From Vicinamibacteria bacterium (lineage in GTDB: Bacteria > Acidobacteriota > Vicinamibacteria > Marinacidobacterales > Marinacidobacteraceae): DNA of 64,000 nucleotides. The position numbers and the translations under genes are program-made. Where the stretch lies: the NCBI GenBank assembly GCA_964291235.2, contig OZ219815.1:608001-672000 (forward strand), read 5' to 3'. Shown here in pieces: positions 45,075-56,132 of this stretch; position 1 is the first letter of the stretch; each line of letters opens with the position of its first letter. Under the pieces are notes generated by a model that saw only the letters and a list, made by a program, of their open reading frames with translations, was not told where the DNA came from and searched no databases.

Positions 45075-47690
45075 ATGTTCACCCGTGTCACACCGCAATG
45101 GCGAAGTCATTGCCTGGCGATGCTCCTGGCGCTCGCCCCTTCGTTGCTCGCGGCCCAACCCACCGGATCCATCGAAGGCCGGGTCGTTGATGCAACCGGC
45201 AGCGCGCTCCCCGGGGCTACCGTGTCCTTGATCGGCGACGTCCCCGCGGGCGCGGAACCGCAGATCACCGCCGCCAACGGCCGCTTCACCTTCGGGGACG
45301 TTCCGGTTGGCGACTACCTGGTCGAAGCCACCCTGCCCGGCTTCGACACGCGCAGCGAACCCGCTTCCGTCGAGGCTGACGCGGTCGCGCGGCTCGAGTT
45401 GATTCTCCCGATCAGCCGGGTCATGGAATCCATCACGGTGGTGGCCGAGGAGCCGCGGAGCTTCGCTACCAACGTGGTGGCCGAACCGATGGTCGCCCAG
45501 CAGTCTCCGATCACGAGCGTGCTGGCCGTGGTGGACAACCTCCCCGGCGTCTCCATTCAGGAGGGGGACAGCTACGGCACCGACGATTGGTCCACCAGCA
45601 TTTCGATGCGCGGCTTCCAGGTCAATCTCGACGAAGCGCAGATCGGGACGACGATCGACGGGATGCCGAACGGCACCTCGGACTACTGGAGCGGCTCCAA
45701 GGCCAACCGGTTCGTGGACCCGGCGAACATGGGCGGAGTCACGGTCTCTCAGGGAACCGCGGACATCGCCTCACGGTCCATCGAGGCGCTCGGCGGAACC
45801 CTCGATTTCACGACCGACGAACCGGAACACGAGCGGAAGTTCACCGCGGCCCTCGATCTGGGGTCCGATGACGGCCAACGGTTCTACCTGCGCATGGACA
45901 CCGGGCACCTCTTCGGCCAGGAAATCCGCGCCTGGGTTTCCGCGGTGCGCCAGGAAAGCCGCGACTGGATCCAGGGGTTCGCCCGGAGCGAGCGGGACCA
46001 CCTGGCCGGCAAGATTCGGGCGGGCGTCGGCCGCCTGGACCTTTCGGCGTACGTTTCCTACGACGACACCGACAACGCTTCCTACCAGCGGCTCACGTCC
46101 GATGCCGAGTTCCGAAGCGATCCCCGCTGGGACCGCCTGATCGACACCTGGACGGACACGCCGTGGGTCAACCAGCTGTACCGTCCCGGCTGGTCCATTC
46201 CGCGAAAGAACACCTTCGGCTATGTGAAGGCCGACTTCGCCGCCACCGATGTTCTCTCGATCACCGGTGGCGCCTACTACCACCGGCAGTGGGGACGGGG
46301 TGATTGGCTGCCTCCGTACCTCGTGGACGTCACGGCGGACGGCGGAGGTGCGGAATCGGAACTGGCGTCCGGCTTCACCGCCCGCGGCGGTGAACCGCTC
46401 GGTCAGGTCCAATTCGTGGATCCGGAAGGCGTCCCGCTGGCGCCGCGGCCCGGGTGCGTCTCCTCGCTGCAGTTCCCCTACGGGGGCGCCGGGCCGGAGT
46501 TCGACCCCGCGTGTCACCCGGCCGGTGCGGTCCCGCAGCAGTCCTACCGGCACAGCCACTACGGCAAGGAGCGGGTCGGCCTCACCCTCGATGGGGACTG
46601 GTTCGGGCAACTCGCCCTGGGCGGCAACCGGCTCCGCGCCGGACTCTGGGCCGAAGACGGCCGGCGGGACCTCGGCCGGGATTGGCACAAGGTCGTGGAC
46701 GCCCGGGTCTCCCATCACTACGACGACACCCCCTACTGGCGCCAGTACGACTGGCAGTTCCCGCAGTCGGTGATCAAGTGGTACGTCGAGGACACCCTGT
46801 TCGCCGGCCCCCTGGCCATCAACGCGGGGGTCCGGCAGTACCTCGTGGAGGTGGGCCGGAAAGACCACTTCGGCGACACCTCCGAACTCTCGGTGTCCTC
46901 GGATTCGGACCTTCTCCTCTCCGGCGGACTCACCTACACCGCCCCGGTTCCCGGGCTCGAGCTCTTCGCCGGGTACGCGCAGAACTTCAAATCGCTTTCC
47001 GACCGGCTCCTCGAAGTGCCGGGACGGAGTCTCGATGGACTCGAACCCGAGACCGCGGAAAACCTGGACGTCGGGTTCCGCTACTCCGGAGATCGCTTCG
47101 CCGCCACCGCCACCTACTATCGGATCGATTTCCAGAACCGGATCTTCTTCCTTTCGCCCCAAACGGCCGCCGGCCCGAACTACCTGATCGCCGGAGGCGG
47201 CTCGTACTTCAATGCCGGCGGCATCGACTCCCGGGGGTTGGAGCTGTCGGCGACGCTACGGGTCACGGAATCCACGTCGTTCTACACGGCCTGGACCCGA
47301 AACGACGCGACCTACCTCGGCGCCGGCGATCCGCTCGTCTCCGCCGCCCAGGGCATCCGGCCCGGGAGTCAGGTCGTCGGGGTGCCGCGCACACTCGTCG
47401 TAGTTTCGGCCGACCACGGCGGAGAACCGGTGGCCGTGGGTATCTCCGCGAAGTACACCGGGACGCGGGGCGTCACCCTGGACGGCTCGTGGAACGCAGA
47501 CGCCTACTGGCTCCTCGACGCCTACTTCCGCTGGTCGGCGGGCCGGATCAGCGAGAGACTCCGGGGCCTCGAAGTCGCCTTGATCGGCAACAACCTGCTC
47601 GACCGGCCCTATCTCGCCACCATCAGCGGGCAGGCGGCCTTCCTGGGCGCCCCGCGTACCGTGTCGCTGAACGTGACCACCTCGTTCTGA
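45075..47690 (+). CDS. TonB-dependent receptor
   Basis: Signal peptide, N-terminal CarboxypepD-reg-like domain, plug ISMRGF, LEPETAEN, NNLLDRPY, terminal Phe. Confidence 0.92.
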   Translation: MFTRVTPQWRSHCLAMLLALAPSLLAAQPTGSIEGRVVDATGSALPGATVSLIGDVPAGAEPQITAANGRFTFGDVPVGDYLVEATLPGFDTRSEPASVEADAVARLELILPISRVMESITVVAEEPRSFATNVVAEPMVAQQSPITSVLAVVDNLPGVSIQEGDSYGTDDWSTSISMRGFQVNLDEAQIGTTIDGMPNGTSDYWSGSKANRFVDPANMGGVTVSQGTADIASRSIEALGGTLDFTTDEPEHERKFTAALDLGSDDGQRFYLRMDTGHLFGQEIRAWVSAVRQESRDWIQGFARSERDHLAGKIRAGVGRLDLSAYVSYDDTDNASYQRLTSDAEFRSDPRWDRLIDTWTDTPWVNQLYRPGWSIPRKNTFGYVKADFAATDVLSITGGAYYHRQWGRGDWLPPYLVDVTADGGGAESELASGFTARGGEPLGQVQFVDPEGVPLAPRPGCVSSLQFPYGGAGPEFDPACHPAGAVPQQSYRHSHYGKERVGLTLDGDWFGQLALGGNRLRAGLWAEDGRRDLGRDWHKVVDARVSHHYDDTPYWRQYDWQFPQSVIKWYVEDTLFAGPLAINAGVRQYLVEVGRKDHFGDTSELSVSSDSDLLLSGGLTYTAPVPGLELFAGYAQNFKSLSDRLLEVPGRSLDGLEPETAENLDVGFRYSGDRFAATATYYRIDFQNRIFFLSPQTAAGPNYLIAGGGSYFNAGGIDSRGLELSATLRVTESTSFYTAWTRNDATYLGAGDPLVSAAQGIRPGSQVVGVPRTLVVVSADHGGEPVAVGISAKYTGTRGVTLDGSWNADAYWLLDAYFRWSAGRISERLRGLEVALIGNNLLDRPYLATISGQAAFLGAPRTVSLNVTTSF

Positions 47691-47727
47691 GCGGCAGCGG
47701 CGACTCGGCCGGAAACGACCAGCCACT

Positions 47728-48866
47728 TCAGGCCGGGGTTGCGGCCAGTTGGCCGCAGGCCGCGAGGACGTCCTTTCCGCGGCTGCGCCGGAGGGTGGCG
47801 ATGAAGCCGGCCGCCGAGACGCGGCCCAGGAAACGTTCGGCGTCTTGCTCGGTCCCCGTGCCAGATGGATCGGCCGATGGGGCGGCCCGGGAGACGGATC
47901 CTCCCAGGGGTTGAAGGCGATCAGGTTCACGTGAGGACGGATCCCGGACGCGGTCAGGCGGCGCAGTTGCCGCAGCAGTTCCCGGGCGTCGTCGGGGCGG
48001 TCGTTCTCACCGCCGAGCAGGACGTACTCGATGGTGATCCGGCGGCTTGACGGAGGCAGCTCCTCCAGCGCCGCGACAATCTCCGGGATCCGGTGGCGCC
48101 GACCGATCGGCATGAAGCGGCCCCGCGTGGCGTCGTCGCCGGCATGGAGACTGATGGCGATTCCCACGTGTGGAGCGGCGTGGCCCAGCTTGCCCATCTC
48201 CTCGGGCAGTCCGACCGTGGAGACGGTGACCCGACGGGGAGGGATATCGAACCCGTCGGAATCGGTGAGGAACTCCAGGGAACCGATCACGGCGTCGGTG
48301 TTCAGGAGGGGCTCGCCCATCCCCATGTAAACGACGTTCCGCCTGCCCTTGGCGGCCTCCGGAGCGGCGCGCTCGGCGAGCAGCACCTGGGCGGCCACTT
48401 CGCCGGCGGTGAGGTTCCGGCGGAACGGGATGGCGCCGGAGCGGCAGAAGGTGCAGGCGAGGGGACAGCCGACCTGGGTGGAGACGCAGACCGTCAGGTC
48501 GGAGGCGGCGCCGTCCGCTCCCTGGGATCGCCCTGACCGAGCGCCCGCGGCGTCGCGCCGGTTCCCGATCACCACAGTCTCGACCAGGAGGCCGTCCTCC
48601 AGCTCGATCAGCAGCTTGACGGCGCCGTCGCCGGATTGCGCCGACTCCACCACCCGCGGGTGCGCGATGCGGAACCGGGCAGCGAGATCATCCCGCAGCG
48701 CGGCGGAGAGATCGGTCATCTCCCGAAAGTCGGCGTGGCCATGCCGGTAGAGATGGCGGAAGAGTTGGCGTCCGCGGTACGGCGGGAGGCCGAGATCTTC
48801 CGCCACCTGGATCAGTTCCGCGCGGGAGAGACCGTAAAGATTTTGCACTGGGGACCCACGATACAT
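47728..48866 (-). CDS. rlmN: Radical SAM rRNA/tRNA m2A methyltransferase RlmN, with a frameshift at about 47854-47857
   Basis: STQVGCPLACTFC, MGMGEPL, ISLHA and IEYVLL in one frame; C-terminal RRSRGKDVLAACGQL in the next frame. Confidence 0.93.
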
Positions 48867-48993
48867 CGGGGGTGGCGTGCGGGCCGGCAGGACGGTGCTG
48901 TCCGGAAGCGGGGCGACACGCCGGTTTCGCGCCCCTGCGGGCAGCGATCCCGGTCCGGAAGCTCCGATCGGGACAACGGGACGGCGCTCCTCT

Positions 48994-49041
48994 CCACAAC
49001 CCATTGTGGTCCACCCCGCCGAAACCCCCAATATGTTGGGG
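48994..49041. promoter_or_regulatory. Tandem NrdR-like boxes (48994-49009 and 49026-49041)
   Basis: CCACAACCCATTGTGG and CCCCAATATGTTGGGG versus consensus acaCwAtATaTwGtgt; starts 32 bp apart. Confidence 0.6.
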
Positions 49042-49049
49042 GTCAGGCG

Positions 49050-49079
49050 TTGACCCTGAGCGAGGGCGGGTGCTACGCT
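49050..49079 (+). promoter_or_regulatory. Putative promoter of the MBL-purB-purSQL-purF operon
   Basis: TTGACC-18 bp-TACGCT with extended -10 TG. Confidence 0.55.
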
Positions 49080-49130
49080 CCGGGCCTCCGAATCGCCGTG
49101 TTCAGCGCCCTTCCCTGAGGCCCGAAAATC

Positions 49131-50003
49131 GTGGAAATCAGCCTGCGTGTCCTTGGTTCCGGAAGTTCCGGAAACGCGGCGTTGATCTCGGGCGGACCCA
49201 CCACGCTGCTCGTGGAAGCCGGCCTTTCCTGCCGCGGCCTCGAGAAGCGGATCGCGGAGGCCGGACGCCGTCCTTCCGACATCGCCGCCGTGCTCGTCTC
49301 CCACGAGCACGGCGACCATTGCAAGAGCGCCACCACCTTCGCGGCGAAACACGGTATTCCGGTCGCCTGCACCGAGGGCACCTGGCAGTGTCTCCTGTCG
49401 AAGAACGGTTCCGAGACGCCCGATTGGCTTCCGCTGGCCCCGGGCGAGAGCCGCCGCATCGGAACCATCACGGTCGGCCCGTTCCGGACTCCCCACGACG
49501 CCCGGGACCCCATCGGGTTCCGGTTCGAGCGCGGGAGCGCGATCCTCGTTCACGCAACCGATTTCGGCCACCTCTCGCGGGAAATGGAAGAAGCCATGGA
49601 AGGCGCGTCGGTGTTGCTGATCGAGTCCAACTACGACGAACAGCAGCTCTTCGAGAGCCGCTACCCGTTCTCCATCCGCCAGCGGATCGCCTCCACGCGC
49701 GGCCATCTGTCGAACGGCGCCCTGGCGCTGTATCTCCGGCGACGACTGCCAGCTTCGGTGAACACGGTGGTACTCGCCCACCTCTCGGAGAACACCAACA
49801 CCCCCGAACTCGCACTGCGGACGGCTCGCGCGGCGCTCGATGCCGGTGGGCGGCGCGAGGTGCGGTTGCTCGTTGCCCGGCGCCACCACCTGACGGAAGA
49901 AATCTGGACTCGACCCACCCGCGTCGCCGCGAAGACTCCCGCGCTGCCCCGGGTCAACCGCCTGCTGAACCCCGTACCTCTGCGAGCCCCCACGCTGTTC
50001 TGA
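49131..50003 (+). CDS. MBL-fold metallohydrolase (YycJ/WalJ-like)
   Basis: LGSGSSGN, SHEHGDH, PHDA, ESNYD, GHLSN, LAHLSENTN. Confidence 0.9.
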   Translation: MEISLRVLGSGSSGNAALISGGPTTLLVEAGLSCRGLEKRIAEAGRRPSDIAAVLVSHEHGDHCKSATTFAAKHGIPVACTEGTWQCLLSKNGSETPDWLPLAPGESRRIGTITVGPFRTPHDARDPIGFRFERGSAILVHATDFGHLSREMEEAMEGASVLLIESNYDEQQLFESRYPFSIRQRIASTRGHLSNGALALYLRRRLPASVNTVVLAHLSENTNTPELALRTARAALDAGGRREVRLLVARRHHLTEEIWTRPTRVAAKTPALPRVNRLLNPVPLRAPTLF

Positions 50004-50007
50004 TTCG

Positions 50008-51315
50008 GTGCTCACCGATCGCTACGTCCGCCCCGAGATGGGGGCTATCTGGACCGACGAGGCGCTCTTTGCTTCGTGGATGGAGGTGGAGGTCGCCGCC
50101 GCCGAGGCGATGGCGGCCGAGGGGATCGTTCCCGAGACCGCCGCCGCCGCTATCCGGCGCCGGGCCGGCTTCGACATTTCCCGGATCCACGAGATCGAGA
50201 AAACGGTCCAGCACGACGTGGTGGCGTTCACCCAGTCGATGGCGGAGCACGTGGGCGCCGAAGGGCGCTGGATCCACTTCGGGCTCACCAGTTCCGACGT
50301 GGTGGACACCGCGCTCGCGACCCGGCTGGTCCGCTCCGCGGATCTGATCCTCAAGCGGATCGAAGAACTTCGGGCAATTCTCCGCCGCCGCGCCGACGAG
50401 CATCGCCGGACGGTGATGGTGGGACGCACCCACGGCGTCCATGCCGAGCCGATGACCTTCGGAATGAAGCTCGCCCTCTGGTGGGCCGAGATGGGACGCA
50501 ACCACCGCCGCCTCGCCGCCGCGCGGGAGGCGGTTCGCATCGGGAAGCTCAGCGGCGCGGTCGGCACCTTCGCCCACCTGCCCCCAAGCGTCGAGCAGCG
50601 GGTCTGCGGCGCCCTGGGCCTCCGTCCCGCGGCAATCTCCACCCAGGTCATCCAGCGCGACCGGCACGCCGAGCTGGCGGCCGCCCTCGCGATCCTCGCG
50701 GGCACCCTGGAAAAGATCGCCACCGAGATCCGCACCCTCCAGCGGACCGAGATCCGCGAGTTGGAGGAACCCTTCGGCCGCGGCCAGAAGGGCTCTTCGG
50801 CGATGCCCCACAAGCGGAACCCGGTCGGCTGCGAGCAGGTGTGCGGCCTCGCCCGGATCATCCGGGCAAACACCCTCCCCGCCATCGAGAACATCGCGCT
50901 CTGGAACGAGCGGGACATCTCCCATTCCTCGGCGGAGCGGATGGCCATTCCGCAGAGCTTTCTGCTGGCCGATCACATCCTGCTGCGCATGACCCGGATT
51001 CTCGACGGACTTGTGGTGCGCCAGGACTCCATGCTGGAGAACCTCAACCGGATGAACGGCATGGTGTTCAGCGGCCAGGTGCTGCTCGACCTCGCCGCGA
51101 AGGGGATCTCCCGCGAAGACGCGTACCGCATGGTGCAGGGGGCCGCCATGCGCCTTTGGGAAAGCGGCGGCACCTTGCGCCAGCGGCTCGACGAGGACGA
51201 TCGGATCACGGCGCTCCTGACTCGCGAGGAGCTCGATGCCGCGTTCGATCTCGACGTGCAGCTCCGGCATCTGGACGAGGTCTTCGAACGGGTATTCCGG
51301 GAGGACGACGCATGA
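50008..51315 (+). CDS. purB: Adenylosuccinate lyase
   Basis: HFGLTSSD, GRTHGVHAEP, SSAMPHKRNP. Confidence 0.97.
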   Translation: MLTDRYVRPEMGAIWTDEALFASWMEVEVAAAEAMAAEGIVPETAAAAIRRRAGFDISRIHEIEKTVQHDVVAFTQSMAEHVGAEGRWIHFGLTSSDVVDTALATRLVRSADLILKRIEELRAILRRRADEHRRTVMVGRTHGVHAEPMTFGMKLALWWAEMGRNHRRLAAAREAVRIGKLSGAVGTFAHLPPSVEQRVCGALGLRPAAISTQVIQRDRHAELAAALAILAGTLEKIATEIRTLQRTEIRELEEPFGRGQKGSSAMPHKRNPVGCEQVCGLARIIRANTLPAIENIALWNERDISHSSAERMAIPQSFLLADHILLRMTRILDGLVVRQDSMLENLNRMNGMVFSGQVLLDLAAKGISREDAYRMVQGAAMRLWESGGTLRQRLDEDDRITALLTREELDAAFDLDVQLRHLDEVFERVFREDDA

Positions 51316-51563
51316 AGTTCCGGGTCCGGGTGTTGGTCCGGCTGCGGCCCTCGGTGTATGACCCGCAGGGGGAAGCCATCCGGCGGGCGATCGCGGCCGA
51401 TCCGCGCCTCAGCGCGGAGTCCGTCCGCCAGGGAAAGATGTTCGAACTGGAAATCAAGGCCGGATCGCCCAGCGAGGCGAAGTCGCGAGGCGAGGAGATC
51501 GCTTCCCGGGTACTTGCCAACCCCGTGCTCGAGGACTTCAGCGTCCAGGTGATTCTCAACTGA
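51312..51563 (+). CDS. purS: FGAM synthase subunit PurS
   Basis: YDPQGEAI, VRQGK, LANPVLEDF. Confidence 0.95.
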   Translation: MKFRVRVLVRLRPSVYDPQGEAIRRAIAADPRLSAESVRQGKMFELEIKAGSPSEAKSRGEEIASRVLANPVLEDFSVQVILN

Positions 51564-52258
51564 TGGCTCGCTTCGCGGTACTCGTTTTCCCCGGGACAAA
51601 CTGCGAAGGCGATGTGCTTCATGCCCTCCAGACGGTGACTGGCCAGCCAGCGGAACTCGTCTGGCACAAGGAGGGCTCGCTCGACGGGTTCGACGCGGCA
51701 GTCGTGCCGGGCGGGTTTGCCCACGGTGACTACCTGCGGGCGGGCGGGCTCGCCCGTTTCTCCCCCGTCATGGAGCCCCTCGCCCGGATGGCGGAGAGTG
51801 GGCGGGCCGTGGTCGGAATCTGCAACGGCTTCCAAATCCTCCAGGAGGCCGGCCTGCTGCCGGGCGCCATGCTGCGGAACCGGTCCCTTTCCTACGTGTG
51901 TCGGGACGTTCGGATACGCGTCGAAGCGAGTTCTTCGTCCCTCACCTGCGGGCTTGCACCCGGCGCCACGCTTCGGATGCCGGTGGGGCATGCGGAGGGA
52001 AACTTCCGCGCCGACGACGAGGTTCTGGAAGCGCTCGAGGCCGACGAGCAGGTGATCTTTCGCTATTGCGACGAAGACGGGGAAGCCAGCGACGACGCGA
52101 ACCCGAACGGCTCCCGGAACAACATCGCGGGACTCCAAAACCGCCGGGGCAATGTTGCGGCCCTGATGCCCCACCCCGACCGGGCTTACGAAGAGGCGCT
52201 CGGCGGCGCCGACGGTTGCCACCTCTTCGAGAGCCTCCACCGGTTCACCGAATCGTGA
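51563..52258 (+). CDS. purQ: FGAM synthase glutaminase subunit PurQ
   Basis: [34 protein letters not shown]. Confidence 0.96.
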   Translation: MARFAVLVFPGTNCEGDVLHALQTVTGQPAELVWHKEGSLDGFDAAVVPGGFAHGDYLRAGGLARFSPVMEPLARMAESGRAVVGICNGFQILQEAGLLPGAMLRNRSLSYVCRDVRIRVEASSSSLTCGLAPGATLRMPVGHAEGNFRADDEVLEALEADEQVIFRYCDEDGEASDDANPNGSRNNIAGLQNRRGNVAALMPHPDRAYEEALGGADGCHLFESLHRFTES

Positions 52259-52268
52259 GCCCCCGCCC

Positions 52269-54491
52269 GTGAAGCCGGTCGCGACTCTCGAAGCAGCCCT
52301 CGCTGCGGGGCTCACCGCCGAGGAGTTCCACCAGATCGGGGGCCGACTCGGAAGAGCCCCGAATCCGACCGAACTCGGAATGTTCTCCGCCATGTGGTCG
52401 GAGCACTGCTCGTACAAATCCTCGCGGCGGCATCTCGCCCGCTTTCCGACCGAATCGCCGAGCGTCATCGAGGGCCCCGGGGAAAACGCCGGTGCGGTGG
52501 ACATCGGCCATGGCCTGGCCGCGGTCTTCAAGGTGGAATCGCACAATCACCCCACCTTCATCGAACCGTTCCAGGGCGCGGCGACCGGCGTGGGCGGCAT
52601 CCTGCGGGACATCTTCACCATGGGGGCGCGGCCGGTCGCACTCATGAACTCGCTCCGGTTCGGCCCGCTGACCGTTCCCAGGAACCGGGCCCTGCTCACC
52701 GGAGCGGTCGCCGGAATCGCCAACTACGGAAACAGCATGGGAATCCCTACCGTCGGCGGCGAGGTCTTTTTCGAGGACTGTTATTCCCTGAATCCGCTGG
52801 TCAACGCCTTCGCGCTCGGAATCGCTCCCGCGGACCGGATCTTCCGGGCCCGCGCCGATGCGCCCGGAAGCCCGATCTGGTGCGTCGGCAGCAAGACCGG
52901 ACGCGACGGGATCCACGGCGCGTCCATGGCGTCGGCGGCGTTCGACGAAGAGGCCGAAGCGAAGCGGCCAACTGTCCAGGTCGGAGATCCCTTCCTCGAG
53001 AAGCTGCTCATGGAGGCGTGTCTCGAACTCATGCAGGGGGACGCGCTGATTGCGGTGCAGGACATGGGGGCTGCCGGGCTCACCTGCTCCACCGCCGAGG
53101 TGGCGTCCCGCGGCGGCGCCGGGGTGGAGATCGAACTGGACCGGGTCGCCCAGCGCGAAACCGGAATGAACGCCTACGAGATCATGCTCTCGGAGTCTCA
53201 GGAGCGAATGCTCCTCGTGGTCCGGAACGGCTGCGAGGCCGAGGTATCCCGGATCTTCGACAAGTGGGACCTCGATGCGGCCCCCATCGGCACGGTGAGC
53301 GGCGACGGCCTGCTCCGCGTCCGTCATGGAGGACAGGTCGCGGCCGAGGTGCCCTGCCGGGCGCTGACCGACGACGCTCCGGCATTCGACCGGCCCACCG
53401 CGCGGCCTTCGTGGTGGCCCGCCCCCGAAATCACCCCGGCCGACCTCCCCGAGCCCTCCGACTGGAACGCGGTGGTCCGGGCACTCGCGGGATCCCCCGA
53501 GCTTTCCAGCCGCCGGTTCATCTACGAGCAGTACGACCACATGGTCCGCAGCGACACGATCGTCCGTCCCGGGGGGGACGCCGGGGTGGTGCGGATCAAG
53601 GGGACGGGAATCGGAATCGCCATGTCCCTCGACGGCAACGGCCGCTATACGGCCCGCGATCCCCGCCGGGGGGGCGCACTGGCGGTCGCCGAGGCTTGCC
53701 GGAACCTCGCCACGGTCGGAGCAACGCCGGTCGGCGCCACCAACTGTCTCAACTTCGGAAACCCGGAACGGCCGGAGATCATGTGGGAGTTCACCGAAGC
53801 CATCGCCGGCATGACCGAGGCGCTCGAGGTCCTCGGAGTGCCCATCACCGGCGGCAACGTCAGCTTCTACAACGAGACGGAGGGCCGCAACATCTTCCCC
53901 ACGCCGGTGGTCGGCGTGGTCGGTGTCCTCTCGGAGGCAACCGGGCGGATCCCACAGCACTTCACGGCGGCGGGGGATCTCCTCTTCCTGGCGGGTCCCG
54001 AAGGCGGAGACGCGCTCGGCGCGAGCGCCTTCCTGAAGGAACACCACGGGAGCACCGACGGGCGGCCGCCGAAGCCGAACCTCGATGCGGAGGTCCGTCT
54101 CGGAGCCTTTCTCAGGGAGGCGGGGGCAGCGGGACTCGTCGCCTCGGCGCGCGATCTCTCCGAGGGAGGACTCGCCGCGGCGGCGATCGAGAGTCTCTTC
54201 GCTCCCGACGGCTCCATGCTGGGCGCCGAACTCCAGGTTGCATGTGCAAAGCGGCTCGAGGGGGCGCTCTTCGGCGAAGCGCCCGCGCGGGCCTTGCTCA
54301 GCGTGCGGCCGGCTGACGCGGATGCGCTTGCCGAGCTCGCATCACGCCACGGGGTGCCGCTTGGGGAACTGGGCCTCGTGGGAGGCGACGCACTCCGGGT
54401 CCGGACGAATGGAGCCCCGACGGTTTCCCTCGATGTCGAGGACATCGCCGATGCCTTCCGGAACAGTTTGGGACGGATCGCCACCGGATAG
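52269..54491 (+). CDS. purL: FGAM synthase subunit PurL
   Basis: [41 protein letters not shown]. Confidence 0.97.
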   Translation: MKPVATLEAALAAGLTAEEFHQIGGRLGRAPNPTELGMFSAMWSEHCSYKSSRRHLARFPTESPSVIEGPGENAGAVDIGHGLAAVFKVESHNHPTFIEPFQGAATGVGGILRDIFTMGARPVALMNSLRFGPLTVPRNRALLTGAVAGIANYGNSMGIPTVGGEVFFEDCYSLNPLVNAFALGIAPADRIFRARADAPGSPIWCVGSKTGRDGIHGASMASAAFDEEAEAKRPTVQVGDPFLEKLLMEACLELMQGDALIAVQDMGAAGLTCSTAEVASRGGAGVEIELDRVAQRETGMNAYEIMLSESQERMLLVVRNGCEAEVSRIFDKWDLDAAPIGTVSGDGLLRVRHGGQVAAEVPCRALTDDAPAFDRPTARPSWWPAPEITPADLPEPSDWNAVVRALAGSPELSSRRFIYEQYDHMVRSDTIVRPGGDAGVVRIKGTGIGIAMSLDGNGRYTARDPRRGGALAVAEACRNLATVGATPVGATNCLNFGNPERPEIMWEFTEAIAGMTEALEVLGVPITGGNVSFYNETEGRNIFPTPVVGVVGVLSEATGRIPQHFTAAGDLLFLAGPEGGDALGASAFLKEHHGSTDGRPPKPNLDAEVRLGAFLREAGAAGLVASARDLSEGGLAAAAIESLFAPDGSMLGAELQVACAKRLEGALFGEAPARALLSVRPADADALAELASRHGVPLGELGLVGGDALRVRTNGAPTVSLDVEDIADAFRNSLGRIATG

Positions 54492-54516
54492 CCGGGGGGC
54501 CGGGTAGGATGCACGG

Positions 54517-55980
54517 GTGAGCCAGATCGAGCTCCCGGTGGTCGATCACCCCGGTCCTCCCGAGAGGGACACTGCGGACCGGTTCCATGAGGAGTGCGGG
54601 GTCGTCGGGATCTGGAATCACCCGGAGGCGGCGCGCCTTGCCTATCTGGGGCTCTACGCGCTGCAGCACCGCGGCCAGGAGGCCGCCGGCATCGTCGCCG
54701 CGGCTCCGGACCGGAGAGGCCTCGTCGGGGTGAACGGCCCGGGGCACGTGGCGGATGTATTCGATGTCGACGCGCTCGACACCCTCGCGGGACGCGCGGC
54801 GATCGGGCACACCCGCTATTCCACCGCCGGAGACAGCAGCCCCAAGAACATCCAGCCCATCCAGATCGAGTGCAAGTTCGGCCACATCGCGGTCTGCCAC
54901 AACGGCAATCTGGTGAATGCCCACATCCTGCGGCACATGCTGGTGCAGCGGGGCTCCATCTTCCGCACCACGAGCGATACCGAGGTGCTCGTGCACCTGT
55001 TCGCCAAGTCCGGGCAGACCGAGGAGCTGGAAGCGGTAGCCGAGGCGGTCCGCCAGGCCGAGGGGGCTTTCTCGCTGCTCTTCCTGACCGAGGACGCCCT
55101 TTACGCGGTCCGGGACCCACGGGGTTTCCGGCCACTGCTACTCGGCAAGGCGGGCGACGGTTACGTGGTCTGCTCCGAGACCTGCGCCCTCGATCTGCTC
55201 GACGCCGAGTACATCCGGGACATCGACGCGGGCGAGATGATCCGGATCGACGGCGACGGGATCCACTCGCTGAAGGTCTTCGACGAGGCGCCGATTTCCC
55301 AGTGCATCTTCGAGCACGTCTATTTCGCCCGCCCGGATAGCCGCGTTTTCGGCCGGGACGTTTACAAGACCCGGATCAAACTGGGGCAGAGCCTCGCCGC
55401 AAGCACCGGAGTCGAAGCCGACGTGGTGGTTCCGGTTCCGGACTCGGGCCTCATAGCCGCCATCGGCTACTCCCAGGCCACCGGGATACCGCTCGAGATG
55501 GGGCTGATCCGCAACCACTACGTGGGACGGACGTTCATCGAGCCCCGGCAGTCCATCCGGAACTTCGGAGTCCGGGTGAAGCTGAATCCGGTGCCCGCCG
55601 TGCTGAAGGGCCGCCGGGTCATCCTGGTTGACGATTCCATCGTGCGGGGCACGACGAGCCGCAAGCTGGTGCAGATGGCGCGGAACGCCGGCGCCACCGA
55701 GGTCCATTTCCGGGTGTCCTCGCCCCCCACGACCGGTCCCTGCCACTACGGCATCGACACCCCGCTACGGTCGGAGCTGATCGCGGCCAAACAGAGCGTG
55801 GAGGAAATCCGGCAGTACCTGAACGCGGACAGCCTGGCCTATTTGCCCCTCGAGGCTCTCGAAGACTCGGTGGAGGAGGAGCGGGACCGCTACTGCACCG
55901 CGTGCTTCTCGGGCAAATACCCGCTACCGGTTCCGGAGGCCGACCGCGCCCGCAGCCTGTTCGGCAAGGAGCGTCACTAG
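54517..55980 (+). CDS. purF: Amidophosphoribosyltransferase
   Basis: EECGVVG, LQHRGQE, HTRYST, VDDSIVRGTTS. Confidence 0.97.
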   Translation: MSQIELPVVDHPGPPERDTADRFHEECGVVGIWNHPEAARLAYLGLYALQHRGQEAAGIVAAAPDRRGLVGVNGPGHVADVFDVDALDTLAGRAAIGHTRYSTAGDSSPKNIQPIQIECKFGHIAVCHNGNLVNAHILRHMLVQRGSIFRTTSDTEVLVHLFAKSGQTEELEAVAEAVRQAEGAFSLLFLTEDALYAVRDPRGFRPLLLGKAGDGYVVCSETCALDLLDAEYIRDIDAGEMIRIDGDGIHSLKVFDEAPISQCIFEHVYFARPDSRVFGRDVYKTRIKLGQSLAASTGVEADVVVPVPDSGLIAAIGYSQATGIPLEMGLIRNHYVGRTFIEPRQSIRNFGVRVKLNPVPAVLKGRRVILVDDSIVRGTTSRKLVQMARNAGATEVHFRVSSPPTTGPCHYGIDTPLRSELIAAKQSVEEIRQYLNADSLAYLPLEALEDSVEEERDRYCTACFSGKYPLPVPEADRARSLFGKERH

Positions 55981-56081
55981 CAACCTGTGGTGAAAGCACC
56001 CCGCACGAGGCCCGGGGACATTCGGCGCTGTGAGTCTGCCGATCTCCATGTGTGCGGGGTGCTTTCACCACGGGCTGCCCC
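55977..56081. mobile_element. Short hairpin element sharing the ends of the 187-bp family, with a different interior
   Basis: CTAG-CAACCTGTGGTGAAAGCACCCCGCAC...GTGCGGGGTGCTTTCACCACGGGCTG: 26-bp inverted repeat with 2 mismatches; the CTAG contains the purF stop. Confidence 0.7.
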
Positions 56082-56132
56082 CGGATGTTTCACCGGGCGC
56101 CCGAGACACTCACAGGAAGAAGCAGCAAACAA

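Noticed and set aside
48867-49130. Purine or ZTP riboswitch upstream of the pur operon
   Set aside because: No recognisable aptamer consensus, and the predicted leader after the promoter is too short.
47256-50015. 919-aa ORF as a giant RlmN fusion
   Set aside because: Its N-terminal part is the antisense shadow of the MBL gene, and its C-terminal part is read-through caused by the frameshift.
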